58,028 nt of DNA from Eubacteriales bacterium. Its GTDB lineage: Bacteria > Bacillota > Clostridia > Oscillospirales > CAG-382. The stretch lies in assembly GCA_045636665.1 (NCBI GenBank), contig JAZTXY010000130.1, positions 1 through 58,028 of the forward strand, in the 5' to 3' direction. Position 1 is the stretch's first letter, and each line of letters starts with the position of its first letter. This document shows, in pieces, positions 46,240 to 55,571 of this stretch. A model generated the notes under the pieces. It did not search any database and was not told the DNA's origin. It saw nothing but the letters and a program-made list of their open reading frames with translations. Position numbers and translations under genes: made by a program.

Positions 46240-47309
46240 TACGTGAAACGGTCGAAGCGCTTCCCTCTCTTATCGATGCTCTGCATAACGAAGACCGCAA
46301 AATTTTCCTTTACGGAATGGGCAACGGCGCAGAAAAGATTTATGCCTACCTAACCTCAAAAGACATTGAAATAAGCGGTGTCGTCGCATCCGACGGATTC
46401 GTGCGCGGTCAGGACTTTTTGGGCTTTAAGGTTATTTCGATAACCGAGGCGAGCGAATGCTACGGCTCGCTTTGCTTGATTCTTTGCTTCGGTCTTGAGG
46501 GCGAAAAATCGCACTTTTTAGCCGATATTGCGAAAAAGCACCGTATACTTTCACCCAACCTTCCCGTTTTCGGTGACGGCGCTTGTGATAAGGATTTTAT
46601 TCTTGAAAACATAGAATCGTTTGAAAAGGTTTATGAAATACTTGCCGATGAGGAATCGAAGGAAATATTTTTAAACCTTCTCAAATATAATGTTACGGGC
46701 GAAATTTCTTTTCTTGAAAAGGGAAAAACGCTCGATTGCCCGAAGGAATTTTACAATCACGAAAAACGGCATATCGACGTCGGCGCATACGACGGCGATA
46801 CGGTTTTGGAATTTGTCGAGCATAGCGATAAATACAGCGATATAATTGCTTTTGAGCCCGATTATCTAACGTTTCGCCACTTTAAGAAAAACACCGAAAG
46901 CATCCGCGATTGCATCGGCATAAACGCGGCGGTCGGCAGATACGACGGAAAGGTTTCGTTTGCCTCGGGCGGCGGCAGAGCCTCGCACTGCGAAAAGGAC
47001 GGCGACAATTTGATCGATTGCGTTTCTATCGATAAATTTTGCGAATTTAAGCATATCGATGCAAAGGGTGTGCCCGTCGGAAGCATTAAAATAGATGCCG
47101 AGGGTATGGACGAGGATGTCATTTGCGGTGCGGTGAACACGATTTATTGCTGTAAGCCCCATTTGGCGGTCGCGCTTTACCACCGCGCAGGCGATTTGAT
47201 CGATTTACCCCTGCTTATCAGAAAGCACTACCATAAATATGAATTTTATTTAAGAAAAAAGGAATACGTCCCCGCTTGGGATATTTTCCTTTACGCAATA
47301 AAACGATAA
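46236..47309 (+). CDS. FkbM-family methyltransferase
   Basis: IDVGAYDGDT, IAFEPD, IKIDAEG, LAVALYH. Confidence 0.9.
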   Translation: MIRETVEALPSLIDALHNEDRKIFLYGMGNGAEKIYAYLTSKDIEISGVVASDGFVRGQDFLGFKVISITEASECYGSLCLILCFGLEGEKSHFLADIAKKHRILSPNLPVFGDGACDKDFILENIESFEKVYEILADEESKEIFLNLLKYNVTGEISFLEKGKTLDCPKEFYNHEKRHIDVGAYDGDTVLEFVEHSDKYSDIIAFEPDYLTFRHFKKNTESIRDCIGINAAVGRYDGKVSFASGGGRASHCEKDGDNLIDCVSIDKFCEFKHIDAKGVPVGSIKIDAEGMDEDVICGAVNTIYCCKPHLAVALYHRAGDLIDLPLLIRKHYHKYEFYLRKKEYVPAWDIFLYAIKR

Positions 47310-47321
47310 CACCGGAGGTAT

Positions 47322-47828
47322 TTGATGGGATTTAAAGAAATTAAGCCGTCGGAAATAAACGGCTCGGTTTTTTCGGATATAGGAAGCAAATGGATGCTTA
47401 TCAGTGCGCAAAAGCCCGACGGAAGCATTAACACGATGACCGCAAGCTGGGGCGCTATGGGTGTGCTTTGGAACAAAAACGTTTTCGTTTGCTTTGTAAG
47501 ACCTCAACGCTATACCCACGAATTTACCGAAGCAAGCGATAAAATTTCAATCTCCTTTTTCGGCGAGGAATACCGCGAAGCGCTTACGGTTTGCGGTAGG
47601 AAAAGCGGCAGAGATTGCGATAAAATAAAGCTTGCGGGACTCACACCCTTTACCAACGAAAACGGCGTTGGATTCCTTGAATCTAACCGCATTATCTATG
47701 GCAAAAAGATATATGCGGGAAAGCTTGACCCCAAATGCTTCCTTTCGGACGATATTGAAAAGCATTACAACAACGACTACCACACGGTTTATATTTGTGA
47801 AATCGAAAAGATTGAAGAAAAGGAATAA
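47322..47828 (+). CDS. Flavin reductase-like protein
   Basis: NTMTASWG, VRPQRYT, CGRKSGRDCDK, YHTVYICEI. Confidence 0.9.
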   Translation: MMGFKEIKPSEINGSVFSDIGSKWMLISAQKPDGSINTMTASWGAMGVLWNKNVFVCFVRPQRYTHEFTEASDKISISFFGEEYREALTVCGRKSGRDCDKIKLAGLTPFTNENGVGFLESNRIIYGKKIYAGKLDPKCFLSDDIEKHYNNDYHTVYICEIEKIEEKE

Positions 47829-47834
47829 CAAATC

Positions 47835-49118
47835 ATGCGCGTTAATGAACTTATAGCCTCGTTAAATAACGGCAATTACGATAAAGTAATTAAAAAGCTT
47901 TATCCCAACAAGGATATCAGCGACAGAAAAGAAAGAATAAGCAAGCTCGCAAATGATTTTTCGGAGCTTTACGGAGATTTGGAGGTAGAGCTTTTCTCGG
48001 TCCCCGGCAGAACCGAGCTTTCGGGTAACCATACCGACCATAACAACGGCCGCGTGCTCGCCGCGAGCGTCGATATCGATATTATCGCTATTGCGGCAAA
48101 GGTCGAAGGCGATACCGTTCGCATTAAATCGGTCGGTTACCGCGAGGACACCGTTGATATAAAAGACCCCACACCCGACAGCGTACGCAAGGGCAGCTCC
48201 TCGGCAATCATTTCGGGCATCGCCGATTATTTTAAAAAGCACGGCTATTCATCGGGCGGCTTTTATGCCTACACCACAAGCGACGTTATGACCGGTTCGG
48301 GTCTTTCCTCCTCCGCCGCCTTTGAGGTTATGTGCGCGCGTATTTTTTCGGAATTTTACAACGAAGGCAAAATCACTGCAATGGAGCTTGCAAAGGCAGG
48401 CAAATATGCAGAAAACGAATTTTTCGGCAAGCCCTGCGGACTTATGGACCAAGCGGCTTGCGCTTCGGGCGGTTGCTTGTGGATGGATTTTGAAAACAAC
48501 ACCGACCCCAAAACCGAAAAGGTTGATTTTGACCTCAGCAAATACGGCTATTCGCTTTGCATCGTAAACACGGGTGGCAACCATGCCGACCTTACCGAGG
48601 ATTACGCGGCGGTACCGAGTGAAATGCGCTCGATTGCGGCGCTTATGGGAAAAACCGTTTTGCGTTGCTGTGACGAAACCGATTTTATGGGCAGAATTTC
48701 CTATCTCCGCACACTCGTCGGCGACCGCGCAATTATGCGAGCAATGCATTATTTTGCCGAAAACAAGCGCGTTGACGCTCAAAAGGATGCGCTCATCAAC
48801 GGCAAAATCGATGATTATTTGAAGCTCGTTACCGATTCGGGCAATTCGTCGTTTAAATTCCTTCAAAACGTATTCACCACCCACAACGTGCAAGAGCAAG
48901 GCATTTCGCTCGCACTTGCGATAACCGAACGCTTCGGCGCGGTTTGCCGTGTGCACGGCGGCGGCTTTGCAGGCACGATTCAGGCATATATCCCGACCGA
49001 AAAGGTAACCGATTACAAAAATGCTATCGAATGCGTTTTCGGCGAAAATGCTTGTAACGTCTATACCATCCGTCCCTACGGTGCGGCGGTGATTACCGAA
49101 AACGATATTAAAGGTTAA
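47835..49118 (+). CDS. galK: Galactokinase
   Basis: PGRTELSGNHTDHN, GSGLSSSAA, CGLMDQ, HGGGFAG. Confidence 0.9.
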   Translation: MRVNELIASLNNGNYDKVIKKLYPNKDISDRKERISKLANDFSELYGDLEVELFSVPGRTELSGNHTDHNNGRVLAASVDIDIIAIAAKVEGDTVRIKSVGYREDTVDIKDPTPDSVRKGSSSAIISGIADYFKKHGYSSGGFYAYTTSDVMTGSGLSSSAAFEVMCARIFSEFYNEGKITAMELAKAGKYAENEFFGKPCGLMDQAACASGGCLWMDFENNTDPKTEKVDFDLSKYGYSLCIVNTGGNHADLTEDYAAVPSEMRSIAALMGKTVLRCCDETDFMGRISYLRTLVGDRAIMRAMHYFAENKRVDAQKDALINGKIDDYLKLVTDSGNSSFKFLQNVFTTHNVQEQGISLALAITERFGAVCRVHGGGFAGTIQAYIPTEKVTDYKNAIECVFGENACNVYTIRPYGAAVITENDIKG

Positions 49119-49129
49119 TTTGTTTTTTA

Positions 49130-49921
49130 ATGGATAAAGCAAAGGTTTTTATGCTCTTTTCCTCGTCAAAGGGAAACTGCGCATACATAAAATACGGCAG
49201 GGACGAGATTCTTATCGATTGCGGCGCTTCGGCAAGAGCTATCGATCACGCGCTTAAATCGATAGGAACTAATCTTTGCAATATAAACGCCGTGTTCATC
49301 ACGCATGAGCACAGCGACCATATCCGCGGACTTAACGCCATATCGAAGCATATAAACGCAAAAATCTATGCGCCCGAGGGCTGCTGCGATTACGTTGCGA
49401 CCTATATGCATAACTCGAAAAAGCCGATACCGCTTGTTTCGAACACCCCGATAACCCTCAACGACCTTGCGATATGCCCGATTCCCACACCGCACGATGC
49501 GCGCGGAAGCGTCGGCTTCCGCATTCTTGCAGGCGAGGAAAGGATTGGATATTTCACCGATATCGGACACCTTTCCGAGGGTCTTTTACGCGCCCTTTCG
49601 GGTTGTGAACGGGTGGTTATCGAATCGAATCACGATATCGAAATGCTCAAAAACGGAAGCTATCCCTATGCCTTAAAGCAAAGAATACTCGGCGCGACGG
49701 GACACCTTTCGAACGAAATGTGCGCCAAGCTTCTTCCCCACCTTGCAAACCACGGAAGCAGAGCGTTTATGCTCGCCCATTTGAGCGAGGAAAACAACCG
49801 CCCTGAAATCGCATTTGACGAATGTCTTTGCTCGCTTAAGGAAGCAGGCTTTTCGGTATGCGAGGACGGCGGAATAAATCTTCTCGTCGCACCTGTTTGC
49901 GGTGTTAAAGAATTGATATAA
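49130..49921 (+). CDS. MBL-fold metallo-hydrolase (YycJ/WalJ-like)
   Basis: SSSKGN, THEHSDH, ESNHD, GHLSN, LAHLSEENN. Confidence 0.9.
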   Translation: MDKAKVFMLFSSSKGNCAYIKYGRDEILIDCGASARAIDHALKSIGTNLCNINAVFITHEHSDHIRGLNAISKHINAKIYAPEGCCDYVATYMHNSKKPIPLVSNTPITLNDLAICPIPTPHDARGSVGFRILAGEERIGYFTDIGHLSEGLLRALSGCERVVIESNHDIEMLKNGSYPYALKQRILGATGHLSNEMCAKLLPHLANHGSRAFMLAHLSEENNRPEIAFDECLCSLKEAGFSVCEDGGINLLVAPVCGVKELI

Positions 49922-49927
49922 AAACAA

Positions 49928-49957
49928 AAGACAGAGAACGAAAAAGTTCTCTGTCTT
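49928..49957. terminator. Hairpin terminator, related to the 20.6-kb repeat
   Basis: AAGACAGAGAAC-GAAAAA-GTTCTCTGTCTT. Confidence 0.7.
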
Positions 49958-49971
49958 ATTTTATACGCGAT

Positions 49972-50463
49972 TTAAAACGACTTTATAATCACAACCGCCA
50001 AAAGAAAGTTGACAAGTATAGTTGCGGCAAAAAACGCAAACGAAATGCCTATCTTTGCGGCAATATTTTTATTTGACTTGATAAGAAGCAATCCGGTTGC
50101 CAAAAAAACACCTGCAACCGCACCGCCCAAACCGCCACCAACGATCGGAAGGATGGCACAAAGAACGGGGCTGTTTGCCCAAACGAGGTAAGGAATGAGC
50201 CATATAAATGCAATAAGGTAATCATACCACTTTGCAGATTCGGTCACACGAAATTTCTCGCCGTTAATATCGATGAACACACCCGAAATATAGTTGCCGC
50301 TGATAGCAACCCCTATCCGTTCGCCATTTATTTCACCGACAAAGGTCTTTTTATTTATCTTTTTAAACTCTGTTCCGCCGACGTTTACCTTTCTTTTGCC
50401 GGTCCAATAGCTTTCTTCATAAACGATCTCGCCGTATTTTTCTGTTAATATAGATGCTTTCAT
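49972..50463 (-). CDS. Hypothetical membrane protein
   Basis: AAGGAGG RBS; soluble N-half and three C-terminal TM. Confidence 0.75.
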   Translation of the reverse strand: MKASILTEKYGEIVYEESYWTGKRKVNVGGTEFKKINKKTFVGEINGERIGVAISGNYISGVFIDINGEKFRVTESAKWYDYLIAFIWLIPYLVWANSPVLCAILPIVGGGLGGAVAGVFLATGLLLIKSNKNIAAKIGISFAFFAATILVNFLLAVVIIKSF

Positions 50464-50538
50464 AGCTTGCCTCCTTTAATATGCTAACATAATTGTAGCA
50501 TACCGACATACGTTTGTCAACAAAAACTGTCGAAATCG

Positions 50539-51081
50539 TTAATCGGCTTTTCTGTCGTGTCTTATCATACCGATAACGATTGAAAACATCGCCAGAATTT
50601 CGCAAATAATGCCGCCGAGCGCAAAATTGTAAACGTTATATATCAACCAAGACGGACTGCTTACCAAACCCATTTGACGCATAACCTTCGCCTTGTTAAG
50701 ATAAAAGGCGATACCTGTTGAAAACATACCGATAAGCGGCAGAAATTCGATGATAAAATTAAATACTGTCGGCTCTTTATCGAACACCAAAAAGGAAAGC
50801 GCATAAGCGGTGATATAAAGCGCACCGAAGCCGAACACCCAAAAGAGCTTATCGGCACGGAAGCTTTTTCGGTTTGAATAAACGACAGCGCGCAAGGCGC
50901 CGATAAGGTTCAAAAATCCGCCTGCAACCGCGCCTATCATAAACATATTAACGGCAAAAAGCGAGGTTCCGCAAAGCTGCATAATAATTATGTTCTTTTG
51001 TTTTTTCTGCTGATAGGAAAGTATGTTCATCGCCATCGCGACAATACCAATCGACTGCGCGATTATATCGTAAGCTTCCAT
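50539..51081 (-). CDS. YgjV-family inner membrane protein
   Basis: AQSIGIVAM..SYQQK and SPSWLIYNVY..GGIICE. GAGGTG RBS places the start at 51081. Confidence 0.85.
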   Translation of the reverse strand: MEAYDIIAQSIGIVAMAMNILSYQQKKQKNIIIMQLCGTSLFAVNMFMIGAVAGGFLNLIGALRAVVYSNRKSFRADKLFWVFGFGALYITAYALSFLVFDKEPTVFNFIIEFLPLIGMFSTGIAFYLNKAKVMRQMGLVSSPSWLIYNVYNFALGGIICEILAMFSIVIGMIRHDRKAD

Positions 51082-51177
51082 AAGCACCTCTGTTGTAATG
51101 GTTTGACTAATAATACCACATTTAAAAACGAATTGCAATATTGCATATTTTGTGATACAATGAATCGAGGTGATATT

Positions 51178-52380
51178 ATGAGCTATGAAAAACTTTCGCA
51201 AACGGTAGAAAACCGAATAATTGCCGACCGCTTAAACGGAAATGCACAGTGCTTTGCCTTTTTGCCCGAAAACGCGTTTCGCCGCGACAACGGACACGAT
51301 GCACAATCGGTTTTAAGAAGCGCCTTTATCCGCGACACCGAAAAGATACTTCATTGCCCGTATTATAACCGATATGCCGACAAGACTCAGGTCTTTTCCT
51401 TTTTCAAAAACGACGATATAACAAGACGCGCGCTTCACGTTCAATTGGTTTCGCGCGTTGCCCGTACAATCGGACGTGCGCTTAATCTCGAGCTTGACCT
51501 TATCGAGGCGATATCGCTCGGACACGATATTGGTCATACCCCATTCGGTCACGCGGGCGAAACCTATCTTGACGAGCTTTTCAGCGAGCACGCAGGCAGA
51601 CGCTTTTCCCACAACATCCATTCGGTGCGTGTGCTTGACGAAATTTTCCCGTTAAACCTCACCCTTCAAACGCTTAACGGCATCGCCGCGCACAACGGCG
51701 AAGAGGAGCTGACAAAATATATCCCACAACCGATAAAAAGCTTTGACGAATTTGATGCTCAAATCGAAAAATGCTATATCGACCGCAGTAATGCGCGACA
51801 TATTCAGCCCGATACGCTTGAAGCGTGTGTAATGCGTATTTCGGATATCATCGCATATCTCGGAAAAGACCGTCAGGATGCCGAGCGCGCCGATATCGAG
51901 CTTGCCGACGGGTTTGAGGAAAGCGTTATCGGCACGAAAAACGCGGAAATGATTAACAATCTTACCGTAAATATTGTCGAGCACAGCTACGGCAAGGCAT
52001 TTATCGAAATGGACGAAGCACATTTTAACGCGCTTAAGCAGGCAAAGGATGCCAATTACGCGCGGATTTACAAAAACGGCAAGGTAAGAGCATTTTTCGA
52101 CGATACCGTAAAGCCGATGATGGGCGATATTTACGAAAAAATGCTTTCCGACCTTAAAAACGGCAAAACCGATTCGCCAATATTCAGGCATCATATTAAT
52201 TTTGTGGAAAAGCCCTATTTCCGCCGCCAAAAGCCCTATTCCGAAACCGAGCCGAATCAGATTGTCGTCGACTATATCGCAAGTATGACCGACGATTATT
52301 TAATCGACCTGCACGCTCATCTTTTCCCCGACAGTAAGCTTAAGATAGAATATAAGGGCTATTTCGACAAGGAGTTTTAA
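51178..52380 (+). CDS. HD-domain dGTP triphosphohydrolase-like protein
   Basis: RDTEKILH, DKTQVF, GHDIGHTPFGHAGE, DYIASMTDDY. GAGGTG RBS. Confidence 0.9.
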   Translation: MSYEKLSQTVENRIIADRLNGNAQCFAFLPENAFRRDNGHDAQSVLRSAFIRDTEKILHCPYYNRYADKTQVFSFFKNDDITRRALHVQLVSRVARTIGRALNLELDLIEAISLGHDIGHTPFGHAGETYLDELFSEHAGRRFSHNIHSVRVLDEIFPLNLTLQTLNGIAAHNGEEELTKYIPQPIKSFDEFDAQIEKCYIDRSNARHIQPDTLEACVMRISDIIAYLGKDRQDAERADIELADGFEESVIGTKNAEMINNLTVNIVEHSYGKAFIEMDEAHFNALKQAKDANYARIYKNGKVRAFFDDTVKPMMGDIYEKMLSDLKNGKTDSPIFRHHINFVEKPYFRRQKPYSETEPNQIVVDYIASMTDDYLIDLHAHLFPDSKLKIEYKGYFDKEF

Positions 52381-52382
52381 AT

Positions 52383-53009
52383 ATGAAAAGATTCGTAATC
52401 ATCGGCGGCGCGCCGATTGAGGATTATGAAAGCATAAAAAAGCATTTAAGAAGCGACGATTATTTTGCCGTTTGCGATTGCGGATTAAGGCATTGCGATA
52501 CGCTTAATATCACGCCCGACCTTATCATCGGCGATTTCGATTCGTATGCTTTGCCGAATACCGAAAAAGAATTAATCGTTCTTCCGCGCGAAAAGGATGA
52601 TACCGATACCTTTTTCGCCGCAAAGGAGGGCGTTAAGCGCGGATTTACCGAATTTTTGCTTGTCGGCGTAATCGGCGGCAGAATCGACCACAGCATCGGC
52701 AATATTTCGATACTTTTATATCTCGAATCATTAGACTTGACGGCAAAAGCGGTCGACGATTATTCGGAAATTGAAATAATATCGGATAAAACCGCATATA
52801 TCGAAAGCAAATTCCGATATTTTTCACTGCTTAACATCACGGGTGTCGCAAAGGGAATCACCATTAAAAACGCGAAATTTCCGCTTGACAACGGTGAAAT
52901 AACTTGCGAATACCAATACGGCATAAGCAACGAAACGGTGAATAACTCCCCTGCCGAGGTTTCGGTTAAGGAAGGCAAATTGCTGCTTTTGAAGGTTATA
53001 AAGGGGTAA
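52383..53009 (+). CDS. thiN: Thiamine diphosphokinase
   Basis: IGDFDS, EKDDTDT, GGRIDH, GISNE. Confidence 0.93.
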   Translation: MKRFVIIGGAPIEDYESIKKHLRSDDYFAVCDCGLRHCDTLNITPDLIIGDFDSYALPNTEKELIVLPREKDDTDTFFAAKEGVKRGFTEFLLVGVIGGRIDHSIGNISILLYLESLDLTAKAVDDYSEIEIISDKTAYIESKFRYFSLLNITGVAKGITIKNAKFPLDNGEITCEYQYGISNETVNNSPAEVSVKEGKLLLLKVIKG

Positions 53010-53044
53010 AAAAATTAAGGAGAGGAAACCCTCTCCTTTTTCGT

Positions 53045-53617
53045 TTATTCATCTGTCGGTTCTTCGATATCCTCAAGCTCGTAAAACTTCGAGTTAAAAA
53101 CGGCGACAGCTTTATCGGGCTTATCGTCGCATACCACAACGTAACACATTTCGCCCTCGGAATTGGTATAGGTCTCACCCAAGGAGATAACAACGCGTCC
53201 GCAACGGTAAAGATACATCGCGTGCTCGAAATAACCGCGCCCATTGCGTCTATACACGTATTTATCGTCGGTAACTACCTGCTCAATAGTATCGGTTATC
53301 AACGAATACGCGCCTTTTATGATTTTTTGCATACTGCGGTAGAGTGGAATTATGCTTGCTCCGAAGAGAAGAGCAGGAAAAGCGCTGAAGCCGAAGATTA
53401 TAACAATATCCCAACCCGGCTCGTAACTGTCGATATTTGCAACCAAAATACCAAGCGGAACAAAAATGATCTCGCACAAAAGCAGGAATGCAAGCAGTAT
53501 CTTTATTCCCTTTTGATGGCTTGAAATGAGCGTTCTGTGTATTATTTTAGGGTTTAACTTCTTTTTTCCCTCTTCCTTTTCGCCGTTGTCAAGATTCGGG
53601 CTTTGGTAATTTGCCAT
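53045..53617 (-). CDS. Hypothetical 2-TM protein
   Basis: GAGG RBS, two hydrophobic helices and a soluble C-terminus. Confidence 0.7.
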   Translation of the reverse strand: MANYQSPNLDNGEKEEGKKKLNPKIIHRTLISSHQKGIKILLAFLLLCEIIFVPLGILVANIDSYEPGWDIVIIFGFSAFPALLFGASIIPLYRSMQKIIKGAYSLITDTIEQVVTDDKYVYRRNGRGYFEHAMYLYRCGRVVISLGETYTNSEGEMCYVVVCDDKPDKAVAVFNSKFYELEDIEEPTDE

Positions 53618-53666
53618 AATTTCGCCTCACTTTCGGTAACGGTTTATTATAACAAAGTTTTACGCA

Positions 53667-54482
53667 TTAGTCAACAGCATTTTTCTTTTCGACCATTCTT
53701 GCAATCTGGCGTTCGAAGAACATAACGTAATTTTCATAAAAATAGTTACAATCGTTGGTCGAATTTCCGATTATCGCAATAAGCTTCAATGCCTTTTCGA
53801 TTTCTTCGATTGCCGAATCGATTTCACACTCAGCCTCATAGCATTCGGCAAGATGCCACATCATTTGTATAAGGTTTTCAAACGAAACCCATTTTTGCTT
53901 TTCGGCAGCATCGAACTTTGGCTCGCCGTCGAATATATACGCAATCTCGGTCAATCTTGTGAAATATATTTCGGGTATCTGGTCGATAGCCATTTTTGCG
54001 CTTTGCATATCGCCCTTCGCCTTATAAGCATAAGCCATAAAACGCAACGCATCGTAAATAATGCTGTGGTCGGTCGCCTTGTCGATAAGCTTTGTCGCAA
54101 TCGCTATCGTTTCATCGGGATTACCCGCGCAGTCGACAACGTAAAGCAGATTATTAAGCAAAATATCGTTTTCGGGATATTTTTTCAAGCCCTTTTCCAA
54201 AATCCTTCGGCTTTCCTCGGGGTCGCTTTGACGGTATTTATATGCCTCGTCGGCGATTGCCTCGACGTCTGATTCGATCTGCTTTAAATTAAAATCAAAA
54301 AGCTCGTCCATCGAAACCGAAAAATAAGCCGCAAGCTTCGGCGCAAGCGCAATATCGGGCAAAGCGATACCGTTTTCCCACTTGGAAACCGCTTGAAACG
54401 AAATTCCGATGCTTGCCGCAAGCTGTTCTTGGGTGATTCCGCGCGCCCTTCTTAATTCCTTTATTTTGTTTCCTATATTCAT
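53667..54482 (-). CDS. XRE-family HTH regulator with TPR-like C-terminus
   Basis: IKELRRARGITQEQLA..SFQAVSKWENG..PD, followed by helical repeats. Confidence 0.9.
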   Translation of the reverse strand: MNIGNKIKELRRARGITQEQLAASIGISFQAVSKWENGIALPDIALAPKLAAYFSVSMDELFDFNLKQIESDVEAIADEAYKYRQSDPEESRRILEKGLKKYPENDILLNNLLYVVDCAGNPDETIAIATKLIDKATDHSIIYDALRFMAYAYKAKGDMQSAKMAIDQIPEIYFTRLTEIAYIFDGEPKFDAAEKQKWVSFENLIQMMWHLAECYEAECEIDSAIEEIEKALKLIAIIGNSTNDCNYFYENYVMFFERQIARMVEKKNAVD

Positions 54483-54655
54483 AAAAGCTCCTGAAATTCA
54501 CAGAGTTTTTACAGTATAGCATATAATTTTTCATTTCGCAATAACCTCGCAAGTGATGTCTTTCGCTTCTCGGTTGAACATAAAAAAGGTTTTCCTTGAC
54601 AACAGAGAAATCAAATATTAAAATATAACCGAGTATTAATTGGAGGCATTCGGAT

Positions 54656-55558
54656 ATGGAAACAAAGGTAAAGGCATTGATAGAAGCGATAAACAACGAT
54701 AACCCCGGTGTTGAAGCGGTAGCGCTTTGGAAGGACGGCGAAATGAAGCTTCTTCAACGCTATACTCCCAAAAAATCGCGGCTTATTTATTCCCACACAA
54801 AAAGCTTTGTGTCCACCGCGGTCGGTATTGCGGTCGACGAGGGCAAATTAACGCTTAACACCAAGCTCTTGGACGTTTTCCCCGAATATCTCGATAAGCT
54901 TACCGACGAAAGAGTTAAAGATATCGAGCTTAGGCATCTTTTAACGATGAGCTCGGGATTCGGAAACGCGTTTCTTATGAGCTCCAACCGCCGCCGTGAC
55001 GAGGGTTATCCCGATTACGTCGGTTATATGATGCAAAAGGAAATGAAATATAACCCCGGCGAAAAATTTGTTTATTCAAACGCCGATACGCATCTTTGCG
55101 GTTGTATGGTTCAGCGCGCAACAGGTACAACGCTTTTGAAATATACCCACGACAAGCTTTTTTCAAAGCTCGATATGGGCTTCCCCGCTTGGGAAACCGA
55201 TCCCGACGGAGTTGCTTTCGGCGGAAGCGGTCTTTATCTCGATATAACCGATATGATGAAGCTTGGCATACTTTATCTTAACAAGGGTGTTTGGAACGGC
55301 GAACGCGTGCTTTCGGAAAATTGGGTAAAGCTTGCATCGACAAAGCATATACCCACCGGACACGAAGCGCCTTGGCACAGCCATTACGGATACCAATTCT
55401 GGATAATCGGTCAGCAAGAGGGCGCATTCCGCGCAGACGGTATGTACGCGCAGTTTTCAATCGTTTTACCCCAAGAAAATGCCGTTCTCGCAACGCAATG
55501 CTCGGAAGAAAACGACGTTCCGAAGTTTGTTGATATGATACTTAAACATATTTTTTAA
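54656..55558 (+). CDS. Serine hydrolase, beta-lactamase class C-like family
   Basis: YSHTKS (SxxK), LRHLLTMSSG, FVYSN, YGYQFW. Confidence 0.92.
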   Translation: METKVKALIEAINNDNPGVEAVALWKDGEMKLLQRYTPKKSRLIYSHTKSFVSTAVGIAVDEGKLTLNTKLLDVFPEYLDKLTDERVKDIELRHLLTMSSGFGNAFLMSSNRRRDEGYPDYVGYMMQKEMKYNPGEKFVYSNADTHLCGCMVQRATGTTLLKYTHDKLFSKLDMGFPAWETDPDGVAFGGSGLYLDITDMMKLGILYLNKGVWNGERVLSENWVKLASTKHIPTGHEAPWHSHYGYQFWIIGQQEGAFRADGMYAQFSIVLPQENAVLATQCSEENDVPKFVDMILKHIF

Positions 55559-55571
55559 TTAAGGAATAGCT

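Noticed and set aside
51178..52380. dGTPase as an anti-phage nucleotide-depletion gene
   Set aside because: Backbone composition and coupling to thiN point to the housekeeping family.
54656..55558. Beta-lactam resistance gene
   Set aside because: No signal peptide; belongs to the broad esterase/amidase-like serine hydrolase family.
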